IMG/VR virus record: IMGVR_UViG_2061766007_000262
Direction: 5' to 3' (one strand)
Length of the DNA stretch: 41,884 bases
DNA from: an uncultured virus (IMG/VR IMGVR_UViG_2061766007_000262)
Lineage: Duplodnaviria; Heunggongvirae; Uroviricota; Caudoviricetes
Of this stretch, positions 9,601-17,722 are shown in pieces. Below the pieces are notes generated by a model that had not been told where the DNA came from, ran no database searches, and saw nothing but the letters and a program-made list of their open reading frames with translations. The position numbers and the translations under genes were made by a program. Numbering within the stretch: the first letter of the stretch is position 1; each line of letters starts with the position of its first letter.

Positions 9601-12600
9601 TGTATTGTTTCTAGAACCTGCAACTAACTCGTTACCGACAATTAGGCTTCTGCTTGAACTACTGCTTCTATCATTAAGTAATAAACCTAATTCGTCCCTA
9701 TATCTTTCTATTAAAGATTCGCCTGTTGTTTCATCTCTTAGTGCTTGGAACCAAGAATATTTTTGCTCTAATTGATCCGCACTATAGTTAGATAAATCAT
9801 CATAAAGTGCAGTAGCAAAATCTCTTGAAATGCCAAGTTTTGATCTCGTAACAACATTTTTCCTGAATGAATTATTTATTAAATTCTTGTAGAATTGAAG
9901 TTGTGGAACGCCATCTAATTTTCTTGTTGTTCCGCTTGTCGTTTGTTTATCAAACTTATCTTTAATTTTGAAAATGTTTTGCTGTGCTTTAACTGTTGCG
10001 TAAGTAATAGCTTTTCTATTTCTAATTTCAAGTAAAGCGTCAGCCAATCTTGCTTTAAAATCATTGACAATGCTTTGAACTCTAGATGTTTTACTATTTG
10101 AAAGTAAACTTTCTGCCATTCGTTCAGCAAAATCATTGACAATATTTTCGCTATAAGTATTATTAGAGTTATAGTTTTTGAAATTGGCTGTGTCTAGCAA
10201 ATAATTACCATTCATTGCGTCAATAATTTCGCCTAATGTTTTGCCGCTTTCTTTATAGACACCATTTTCTTCAACTAATAGTTTAGCGTCAAACAATGAT
10301 TTAGCTAATTCCCTGAAATTAGTTCTAAGTTTGTCTATATCTTTTCTATTGTATTGAGTATTAAAATCTATTGTTAATTTTTCAGCAAGTTTGTTTACGT
10401 TTGTATGAACGAGCTTATAACCACTTTGTTGTGCAAAACCATCAAAGAAGTTTTGAAAATCAATTAAGAAGTCTTTAGATGTTTTATAACTTAAAACGTT
10501 TGTAGAATAAGCATTAGCATAATACTGAGATTCTCTAATTGATTTTGCCTTGTTATTTGAACTGGTTAGACTGAAATTAACTTTGTTATTATCTAGTTCG
10601 TTCCTAGATAGAACATCACTGCCCCTACTGTTAGATTCTCTGCTTTCAGAAGGTATATCATATCCTCTCTGTCTGCTTCCAGGACTTCCTGTCGTTTCTC
10701 TATTCCTAATTCTTTCATTTTCTTGTTGAAGGCTTCTTTCAACTCCTTCGTAGTCATCAATTCTATATTCTTTTCCATTGTATTCTACAACTCCTCCGTT
10801 GTTCAATATCTCTTTAACAGTGTTATCAATTAAATTTTTAAGCTTTAAACTATCGTTATCGTTGTGTATGTAATCAAGTGATACATATCGTCCTTTTTGT
10901 AAATATCTTACAAATGAACTACTTAATGATAATTCTTCGGATCCGCTTACATGTCGCCATACAACTTTATAGCCATTTTCTTTTGCCATTGAAACCCATT
11001 TAGCAATTGAAGATGCTTTTTTACCTACGAGAGGTATTGCGACGTTGTATCTATTCTTGAATAATCTATTAGACACATAGTCTTGTGCTTTTCCAACTAT
11101 TCCTTGAACAACACCAGCACCAGCACCATTGTTATAATATTTTTTAAGAGAATCAATGGTTTTAAAAATATCGTTATCGTTTTCAACAAAACCATCAACC
11201 TTAATCTTTTTATCAACACCTGTGCTTGACTTGCCAACACCTGGTAAACCAGTAACCATAAATAATTCAGGTTGATTTTCGGTAGAAACAGTTTTTTTAT
11301 TATCAATTATCTTATTAAAGGATTCATTAACAACTTTATTAAATAGAGTTTCAGACCATTGTGCCAAATCTTCTTTGTGATCCACAAGGTATTTTTCAGC
11401 GTCTTTATATGCTTGTAATTGGCTAATTCTTTCGTAATTAGGATATTCGCCAATTCCATCATTTCTAGCTTTCATATAGTCGTATATGAATTCTATTGTT
11501 GGGTTATCAAGCATATCAGCTTTGACCCAAGTTGATACGCCTTTTAAGTATGGGTTTTTGTTAATTTCAATAAGTTTCTTTTGGTTTTCTTCGGTCAATC
11601 TTGATGCTATATTTCTTAAATCACTGTTGTTGCCAATCTCTGGAATAATACTAAATTTTACAAATGAATGTTGATAATCAACTGCTTCATCATATTGATC
11701 CTTATTAAAGTGTTTAGTTTCAATGTTTTCGCCAGTATTAACCATAAAAGCAACTTGTGGCATATTGTGGTTTTCAGCAATATCATCGTGATCATATTCC
11801 ATATTGTAATCCATGATGGAAGCCGTTTTAAAACCAAAGATATTTGAATACATAGTATTTAAAGGTTGCTTAACTGACGCATAACAATCAAGTGTTTTTG
11901 CGTTATTTTTTACTATGTTTGAAATAGCTCTTAGCCAACCACTTTTACCGCTTACATTAAATACACTTATTAAATCGCCATCTTGTGTAATTGCAAAACC
12001 GCTCAGACCATCAATGCTTAAATAGTTGTTTGTATTTTCATAGTCTTCAACGCTATGTAAGTCAACTAATTCGCCATTCTTAAGATAAATTTTTGAAATT
12101 TCAAATATATCATGGAAGGTTTGTGCATCTACATCTTGATAGATACTATAATCATCGTTAAGCTTTAATAGCCCATAACCATAGCTAGAGATGCTGCTTT
12201 TGGATCTGAGAAAGTCTTTAAAAGTTGTGGAAAGTCTTTTTCGTAAAGTTTCATCAATCTCTTTGCTTCCTTGATGGAACAATTGTTGTTCTTGATTAGT
12301 GATTCTTCTACTTTCTTCTTGAATTCTTCTAAACTCATTTTCTACCTCTCTTATATCAATTTCATTATAATTTGGTGCTTCCAATTTGTCAATATTTTTA
12401 TTATTTTTTTCATATTTGATAATATTTTGACTATTTTTATTATTTTTTGAATCCAAACTCATTTTAATACTTGGATTACTTGTAGGTTTCTTATTATCAA
12501 TAGATTTAATTTGGTTAGACTCAAAAGCAATGTAAACTTTACCATAATTGTTCGTGTCTAATTCTGCACCATCATAACCTGTTATTTTGGTTATTGCTTC

Positions 12601-15237
12601 ATTAAACAAACTAACATCGTTAGCAGTTGATTGCAAATATTCAATTACTTCATAGTCAGTCTTACATTCTTGTTTAATTGCTTTGACAGCATTGTCTAAA
12701 TCAATTTTTTGTAATTTTTCTATTGAACTAACTAATTGCTTTATTTGGCTATCACTTATTGTTAATTTCTCTGTGTTAATAGGTTTAGTGATGTTAGCAT
12801 ACCCCCTTATGATGTTATCTCCACTTTGATAAGCCATATCATAAGATGTTGCTAAATATATACCCTTTATTTTAGCCTGAGTATTTTCGCCAATTTTCTT
12901 CTTATCAAATGTTGTAAACTTTGCATTACTGCCATGATACACAACTAATAAGTTTCCGTTTTCATCACGAACTTTACTATCTTTAAAATATTCTTGTTGT
13001 TCTTTTGATAGTTTGTTACCATCGGAATCAGTCATTGATAAAGAAAAACTAGCAGAATAATTTGGCGACCCAGTATTTTTTTTGTTATAATTATCAACTT
13101 CATTAGCTTGTGCTTTAATATTATCAAGAGCTAAATCAGCTAATTGCGTTTCTACAAGGTTTGTTAATGCTTTGATATAAGTTTTTTCAGATTTAACAAT
13201 GTCACCACGACCATTTTGAATTCTTTTAAATACAGATTCAAGATAGTGTTTTAGCTTAAATAAAGTAGGTCTATATGCTATGTCTTTTATAAGCTTTTTT
13301 GCGTCTGTAAAATTCTCCAACGTAAAAGCAAGAGTTTCGCTTTCTAGCAGTTCAGGGCTTATGGTTTTATTTCCTGAACCATTATCTGTGCCATATAATT
13401 CCCTTATATAATTTTCAGTGTTTTCCCATTGTGTTGGGTTTGCTTTTTTGATAACATCCGAAACCGCTTTTCTTAACTCAGGGTTTTGGTCAAAGAAACC
13501 ATGACTTAAATTTTCATGAACATATTTATTGAATAACTTATCAGAAAACTCTGAGCTTATAAAAGTTCTATTTCCAACAGTAAAAGCAGCGACACTAAAG
13601 TCGTTATTTTTAAATTTTTGTTTTTCTTCTTCTGTTAATTTTAGATTGTATTGTTTTTCAAATTCATCAACATTTTTTATTTCATTTTCAGTAATGATAT
13701 GTGTATTAAATTCTAAGCCAGTTGTTTTTCTAATTCCAGCATCAAACTCGCTTGCTAGGTTTTGTAAATTTGAATTTTGAATAGTTGTTTTTATGTGATT
13801 AAAAGTATTTTCGCCTTGTTCAGATTTCCAATAATCAACAGCAGTTTTGCCTTTAAAAAGCATGTTCATAAGGTTGTTGAAATGAACTGGATCATCTTCT
13901 CTGAACTTATCAAGATTTTCACAAAGCTCTTGCATTTCTTGTGCGTTTTTTTCGCCCAATTTTTGTAATCGCTTGTTTCTTGTTTCTTCGCTGATGTTCT
14001 TATTAAGCATTAGTTTATTGTATGCTTCTTGATTTTGGTAAATTTCGCCTATATTACCAAAGAATTGGTAACCTTCTGCACCAAGTTTATTATAAACTAT
14101 TGCGGTTTCGCCACCAGACATAATGCCGCCTGAAACAGCACCACCTGCGAAAGATAAGCCGACTTGTTTCCAATACGCAGGATCGGTGTAAATAAATCTA
14201 CCATTTTCACCTTTTAGAGCGTCTTCGCCTTCAACAATTGTGCTTGCCCAAGGTGCTAAGATCTCACTAAATACTTCTTCTGCACCTTCTTCAAACATTG
14301 ATTTAAGTATTTCTTTGCCTATACCCTTTTTAGTCGCACTTGCAAATGCTTTAGAACCATATTTAAGACCATTTACATTAGGTGTAAATTCGCCAATTAC
14401 TTTATTTAAGCCAGTAGCTTTGGAAATACCATTAAGTATTTTACCTGTTACAAGTTCTGAAGCAACTTCTATAGCAGCATTAGCAGTTCCGTAAGCAGCA
14501 GATTTGCCTACATCATCAGTTTTCTTATATGTTTCATTATAACCAGTTGCAAAAGATCCAGTTCCCATTACGCCTAAAGATACTGCTTGTGCAGCAGTGC
14601 TTGAACCACCAGTTAAAACACCAGCTATAATTGATGGAAGCATAAAACCAATGCTTTCTTCTACGCCAGTCATAAAGTTATTTACGCCTTGTGCTTCACT
14701 TAACCAGTTTGATTCATTAACAATTTTGTCTAAATATTCTTTTGATTCTTCAATACTATTGAATGATTGAACCCAATTTTCAAAATCAAGAGTTGGTATT
14801 GTTCCTAGAACATTTATTGCATTTGTTCCATAAGTAACCCAGTCATAATCTCTTGCTTCTCTTGCCCATTCTGCATCATGACCGCTGCTAGCGTCCACAA
14901 TATTAAAAAAGAGATCGCCAAGCGAATCAAAGAAATTTAATAAACCCCTTGTTACATTTATGCCAGCTGCTGCTATAGTATCAGAAGTTCTTTTCCAGTA
15001 GTCCATAACACCTTGTGGTGTATTATCTTTTTCTTCAGTAGGATCCGCTGTGTTTCTTGTTTCTAAATCAGTCTTAATCTTAGCTAGGCTGGTTAAATCA
15101 TAAGCGTTTATGTAATCGCTATAATCGTTTGTGTAATCAATATCATTAGGATTAACGAAAGAGTCATAACTAGATGACTCTCTTTTTCTCTGTAACATAT
15201 CTCTTAGGTATTTAAGTTGTTCTTGTGAATTAGCCAT
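6676..15237 (-). CDS. Giant polyvalent virion/ejection-type protein with metallopeptidase-like, ART-like, GNAT-like and zeta-like P-loop kinase modules
   Basis: 2853 aa; Gly/Ala-rich hydrophobic N-terminal helices; HENLSH (13501-13518); VYHGS..GIYLA..GYDG..AFESNQIKS; GFAITQDGDLISVF..TLDCY..FGFK; GLPGVGKS (11227-11250). Confidence 0.8.
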   Translation of the reverse strand: MANSQEQLKYLRDMLQRKRESSSYDSFVNPNDIDYTNDYSDYINAYDLTSLAKIKTDLETRNTADPTEEKDNTPQGVMDYWKRTSDTIAAAGINVTRGLLNFFDSLGDLFFNIVDASSGHDAEWAREARDYDWVTYGTNAINVLGTIPTLDFENWVQSFNSIEESKEYLDKIVNESNWLSEAQGVNNFMTGVEESIGFMLPSIIAGVLTGGSSTAAQAVSLGVMGTGSFATGYNETYKKTDDVGKSAAYGTANAAIEVASELVTGKILNGISKATGLNKVIGEFTPNVNGLKYGSKAFASATKKGIGKEILKSMFEEGAEEVFSEILAPWASTIVEGEDALKGENGRFIYTDPAYWKQVGLSFAGGAVSGGIMSGGETAIVYNKLGAEGYQFFGNIGEIYQNQEAYNKLMLNKNISEETRNKRLQKLGEKNAQEMQELCENLDKFREDDPVHFNNLMNMLFKGKTAVDYWKSEQGENTFNHIKTTIQNSNLQNLASEFDAGIRKTTGLEFNTHIITENEIKNVDEFEKQYNLKLTEEEKQKFKNNDFSVAAFTVGNRTFISSEFSDKLFNKYVHENLSHGFFDQNPELRKAVSDVIKKANPTQWENTENYIRELYGTDNGSGNKTISPELLESETLAFTLENFTDAKKLIKDIAYRPTLFKLKHYLESVFKRIQNGRGDIVKSEKTYIKALTNLVETQLADLALDNIKAQANEVDNYNKKNTGSPNYSASFSLSMTDSDGNKLSKEQQEYFKDSKVRDENGNLLVVYHGSNAKFTTFDKKKIGENTQAKIKGIYLATSYDMAYQSGDNIIRGYANITKPINTEKLTISDSQIKQLVSSIEKLQKIDLDNAVKAIKQECKTDYEVIEYLQSTANDVSLFNEAITKITGYDGAELDTNNYGKVYIAFESNQIKSIDNKKPTSNPSIKMSLDSKNNKNSQNIIKYEKNNKNIDKLEAPNYNEIDIREVENEFRRIQEESRRITNQEQQLFHQGSKEIDETLRKRLSTTFKDFLRSKSSISSYGYGLLKLNDDYSIYQDVDAQTFHDIFEISKIYLKNGELVDLHSVEDYENTNNYLSIDGLSGFAITQDGDLISVFNVSGKSGWLRAISNIVKNNAKTLDCYASVKQPLNTMYSNIFGFKTASIMDYNMEYDHDDIAENHNMPQVAFMVNTGENIETKHFNKDQYDEAVDYQHSFVKFSIIPEIGNNSDLRNIASRLTEENQKKLIEINKNPYLKGVSTWVKADMLDNPTIEFIYDYMKARNDGIGEYPNYERISQLQAYKDAEKYLVDHKEDLAQWSETLFNKVVNESFNKIIDNKKTVSTENQPELFMVTGLPGVGKSSTGVDKKIKVDGFVENDNDIFKTIDSLKKYYNNGAGAGVVQGIVGKAQDYVSNRLFKNRYNVAIPLVGKKASSIAKWVSMAKENGYKVVWRHVSGSEELSLSSSFVRYLQKGRYVSLDYIHNDNDSLKLKNLIDNTVKEILNNGGVVEYNGKEYRIDDYEGVERSLQQENERIRNRETTGSPGSRQRGYDIPSESRESNSRGSDVLSRNELDNNKVNFSLTSSNNKAKSIRESQYYANAYSTNVLSYKTSKDFLIDFQNFFDGFAQQSGYKLVHTNVNKLAEKLTIDFNTQYNRKDIDKLRTNFRELAKSLFDAKLLVEENGVYKESGKTLGEIIDAMNGNYLLDTANFKNYNSNNTYSENIVNDFAERMAESLLSNSKTSRVQSIVNDFKARLADALLEIRNRKAITYATVKAQQNIFKIKDKFDKQTTSGTTRKLDGVPQLQFYKNLINNSFRKNVVTRSKLGISRDFATALYDDLSNYSADQLEQKYSWFQALRDETTGESLIERYRDELGLLLNDRSSSSSRSLIVGNELVAGSRNNTGSSLSYQAMEAVYKLLGSLNKELGVLIDSEKTTVKKANYKADLELRALNYTYGSKERVFLNENILQRELNRTSAPDIVIKNFFGSNSAVNKVLFEDIFASRNAHLLKQYEFINDFKEIQEKYNIKDKDLSKKVEITLGGKNLKLTIDTLLDIYTMTLTEATYRTIINGGYRYNDGKTKFNIILNESDIETIKNKLGKTYTDFAEDILDNLYNGEYRDYKAKKDADIKGYEILLYNDNYYPSNKSDTKNITIESQNYGTINIENTAINKERKKTYHMALLGMNFTDRNAAYVNALTKYGEMSDSVRRFESFINGWSKNSDNKAETRKSLIKNTSNELYTIINYLIERIGGKNDYILSGKGISNLVQATLYGNASVVLKQTASLPTVLNEVHFASFLKAFFKIPHNVLNYNKIKQDLMSKSGLLADRWSNHDIIKAAALTEYLNKFSKIFGVPMEKMDEAVIITFAYGAAIEESKITGEDPIRILERIVANTQSNAIDVKQSMARSGAGGYIRKVLSYFSSDLQNKISILNNLLNEKRIARATLPTVNKMIETTKADIAELERKYQSDPNDETLEELNNKKEKLVELESIKSDKETIINTSIAPRATKFMLSLLLSGMIIAGIDELIKRLLGKKDWSWGEEDAKDFIKTLMLESTIDNLPYVSTIISAVDYNQEINGMDTTVINQFVVVLRDIVNAIENDGDWLKAVRDGALIIANLTGIPFNNLYKYMVGAYKNFSPNGYKVDALIKGYSPNYLLKEYKDAAQTNFTRKAKGYLELVMASRVESSESVRDELLSLTKDGYNALPKAYMTSYTNDNGDVVELTKEQINAFKTEYNKANAQVEKLMQLTDYRNKTSEEKAKLIKKIYDTYYSYAKAKVLKLDKADSKLSTLLYYSNGRINISRFVNYLDKIGGITESKNKTRKELVIAYVNRLGLSRNDKLLLLYLAGYRSKDNNEKLSRYLRSLGLSSKKVNNFLS
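10593..10778 (-). CDS. Nested +1-frame small helical ORF after the zeta-like domain (candidate antitoxin)
   Basis: 61 aa (54 from ATG 10757); GGAGGAG at 10791-10797; host frame becomes R/S/G/E-rich over this interval. Confidence 0.55.
   Translation of the reverse strand: MEKNIELMTTKELKEAFNKKMKELGIEKRQEVLEADREDMIYLLKAENLTVGAVMFYLGTN
12165..12338 (-). CDS. Nested +1-frame 57-aa ORF before the GNAT-like domain (candidate antitoxin/immunity)
   Basis: MSLEEFKKKVEESLIKNNNCSIKEAKRLMKLYEKDFPQLLKTFSDPKAASLAMVMGY; RBS GAGAGGT 5 nt before ATG; consensus promoter directly upstream. Confidence 0.75.
   Translation of the reverse strand: MSLEEFKKKVEESLIKNNNCSIKEAKRLMKLYEKDFPQLLKTFSDPKAASLAMVMGY
12364..12394 (-). 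promoter_or_regulatory. Internal consensus sigma70 promoter with operator-like site inside the giant ORF
   Basis: TTGACA (12392-12387) N17 TATAAT (12369-12364) with an A-rich UP-like tract; 19 bp identical to 4528-4546. Confidence 0.8.
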
Positions 15238-15250
15238 ATAATACCTCTAA

Positions 15251-16366
15251 TTATTTTACTTTTTTAAGTGTCGCTCCACCTGCCGCAGTGCTATCTATCG
15301 TATATTTGTTACCATTTTTATCATATACATAAGTTCTACTTTCGTAGTCTGTGTATGGAACAGTTCTTGTTTGTTGTTCACCGTTTTCATCTGTGTAAGT
15401 TTCTGTTCTTGTTTTTTGAACAGCTTCAGTATGTGTTTCCTTGTGCAAGCCTAAATCAGAATATCTATTGAATAGGTTAAGAATTGCGTCATCATCCTTC
15501 TTAGTTTTTACAGACCCTTCCACCATTCTAACCTTATCTTTTTGGTCTTTAATTACGAGAGATAAATAGTCGTTGTTAGCACTTAACCAAATATCACCTT
15601 TCTTATGTTGTTGTGCTTCCATATCAATTTGTTGCTGGTTGATTTTGTTAGGATATAGAGTGTATTTAGCACCCATTTCCCATTCAGTTGTTTTGCCAGA
15701 CTCGTCTTTAACATTAAAATTGAAATTTATACCGCTACCATTTTTAAATTGAACAACATCTGTCCCATTTTGGAATACTTTTTCATTGTCAATTTCAATG
15801 CCATATTTTTCAATTTCTTCTTGTTTTTTAGCTTCAATTTCTTGTTGTTCTGCAAGAAAATTTTTATATGCCTCAGTTGTATTCATATAATGGGTTTGAA
15901 GATCTAATCTATCTTGCTCATTAAATTTTGAGTTGCTAAAGTCTGCTTCATCGCCATTAAAAGTTACGCCATAGTTGCTTAATACTCGCTTATAAGCATC
16001 TTTGTCCCAAGATTTTATTTTTCCGTTTTCATCATACGAATATGTCCCTTCTAAATAGCCAAGTGCGTTATTACCATTTCCAGATATACTGTCTTGATAG
16101 TCAGCATATTCATCTCTGTCATATTGGTTCATTCTTTGTAAATGTGCGTTATTAGCATCTGCTAAAGCATTTCTATAACTGTTTTCAATACCTAAAGCAG
16201 TTGATTGAGCCACGCCTTGATTAGCATAACCAGTTTGATTTAACTGATTTTGCGTGTATTTCATAGCGTTTTGCTTTGCTACACTTGCTTGTATTTCAGA
16301 GTTTAGTAAAGTTCTATAACTATCTTGTCGCATATTTTCATATAATTTTTCACTGTCTTGAGCCAT
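15251..16366 (-). CDS. Putative DNA pilot/ejection (internal virion) protein
   Basis: Q/N/A-rich helical N-terminus (QLNQTGYANQGVAQST); immediately precedes the giant protein. Confidence 0.45.
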   Translation of the reverse strand: MAQDSEKLYENMRQDSYRTLLNSEIQASVAKQNAMKYTQNQLNQTGYANQGVAQSTALGIENSYRNALADANNAHLQRMNQYDRDEYADYQDSISGNGNNALGYLEGTYSYDENGKIKSWDKDAYKRVLSNYGVTFNGDEADFSNSKFNEQDRLDLQTHYMNTTEAYKNFLAEQQEIEAKKQEEIEKYGIEIDNEKVFQNGTDVVQFKNGSGINFNFNVKDESGKTTEWEMGAKYTLYPNKINQQQIDMEAQQHKKGDIWLSANNDYLSLVIKDQKDKVRMVEGSVKTKKDDDAILNLFNRYSDLGLHKETHTEAVQKTRTETYTDENGEQQTRTVPYTDYESRTYVYDKNGNKYTIDSTAAGGATLKKVK

Positions 16367-17243
16367 TTTCTTCGCCCTCCATTTTTATTTCTTTTTTATT
16401 GTCTAGATAACCATTTATTATTAAAGTTTTGGACTCTAATTGTGGTAAAGTAGTTTCAAGAACAAATCTATAGTTAGATTGTCTTTGAGATACACCACTT
16501 GCTGTCCAAAGAACTATTTGGAAGAAAGCGTATAGAATACCACTCACATTAAAACCTGTGAACCTAAATATCAAACCAAGAGATACAAATGATAATACAG
16601 TTCTTGTGATTACCTTTGTGATTTGTTGCCCTGTTAGATATTCCTTCTTTGATTTTTCACGCTTTAAACCAAAATAACCTTCGCCATTAAACTCAAATAT
16701 ATTTGGTAATACTATATGTGCTTTTGCACATCTTTTTATTATCTTTTTTTGGTGTCTTGTTAAGTCTTTTCTTGCTCTAAAGTCTATTACTTTTGGTTTA
16801 TCATTTTCATCATAATAGTCTTCATACTTTAGAAAGTTAGACTCAAGATTTCTTATTCTTAATTGCTTGAGATTTTTGAATGCAATTTGCATAGCATAAT
16901 CAGTTATTTCATCTTTGTATCTAAAACCTTTTTTAACTGCATTATTGTAGTTAAGTAAACTTGTTTTATACAAATCAGTATCTTCGGCTATTCTAAAACC
17001 ACCTTCTGCAATTAAATTACAATATGTAATTGCAAATACTATTGTTGCGATAGTAAGAATTACATCTTTAAATATTGTATTTACCGACCACTCAATATCA
17101 AGAGTTCCATAAAATACCCACCATAAAGCGATTAGTATTCCTGTAAATAGAGGAACTCTTGCAAGGAGACCGCCCATAATCCTCTTAATTTTTTCTTGAT
17201 TACGCTTCTCAAGTTCTCTTAATTCATCATCAAAATTACTCAT
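16350..17243 (-). CDS. Polytopic membrane protein (about 4 TM)
   Basis: Two N-terminal and two C-terminal hydrophobic helices flanking a basic soluble loop. Confidence 0.75.
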   Translation of the reverse strand: MSNFDDELRELEKRNQEKIKRIMGGLLARVPLFTGILIALWWVFYGTLDIEWSVNTIFKDVILTIATIVFAITYCNLIAEGGFRIAEDTDLYKTSLLNYNNAVKKGFRYKDEITDYAMQIAFKNLKQLRIRNLESNFLKYEDYYDENDKPKVIDFRARKDLTRHQKKIIKRCAKAHIVLPNIFEFNGEGYFGLKREKSKKEYLTGQQITKVITRTVLSFVSLGLIFRFTGFNVSGILYAFFQIVLWTASGVSQRQSNYRFVLETTLPQLESKTLIINGYLDNKKEIKMEGEENGSRQ

Positions 17244-17721
17244 TATTTACCGTTTCTTCCCTTTTTTCAGTTAGTGGTTCGGCTCTAATTAGTGCTTCTT
17301 TATATAGGTTTGCCTTTTCAAGTTCCTTTTGGCTACCTATTTCAAAACCTGCACCTACAAGTTGTCCTAATAGACCACAACCAATGATTAAGAGTAAATC
17401 ATTTAAGATTGATTGTAGTAAGAAACAAAGAGCAAATGCGATTGCCCAACCCACTATTCCGTTTATTTTCTTATTTTCTTTGGTTTCATTTGCAATAGCA
17501 ATTCCAGCTACTATAGCTGCAAGTGTGCAACCAAGTGACATTTTTACACCATTATATTCAGTAAAGTATTCATCAAAGTTTGCAATACCGATTACAATGT
17601 ATGGTGTTAAAATAGAAACCCATTTAGCAGCAAGAAAAGCGAAACCATTGTTTCTTAATCTCTTATATTTTTCTACTGATGTAAGCTCATTAAACTTTTT
17701 TCTTGCCATAATGAACACCAC
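17236..17721 (-). CDS. Small membrane protein (about 4 TM, possibly holin-like)
   Basis: Hydrophobic helices with a basic N-terminus and charged C-terminus; start may be 17709. Confidence 0.7.
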   Translation of the reverse strand: MVFIMARKKFNELTSVEKYKRLRNNGFAFLAAKWVSILTPYIVIGIANFDEYFTEYNGVKMSLGCTLAAIVAGIAIANETKENKKINGIVGWAIAFALCFLLQSILNDLLLIIGCGLLGQLVGAGFEIGSQKELEKANLYKEALIRAEPLTEKREETVNNE

Positions 17722-17722
17722 C

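Noticed and set aside
9600..9680. S/R-rich host-frame stretch as a third overprinted gene
   Set aside because: The +1 frame closes after 10 codons
9915..10142. Additional nested minus-strand ORF
   Set aside because: No convincing start signals and the host frame shows no overprinting signature
11097..11306. Additional nested minus-strand ORF
   Set aside because: Hydrophobic shadow frame over the conserved kinase core, with no RBS or promoter seen
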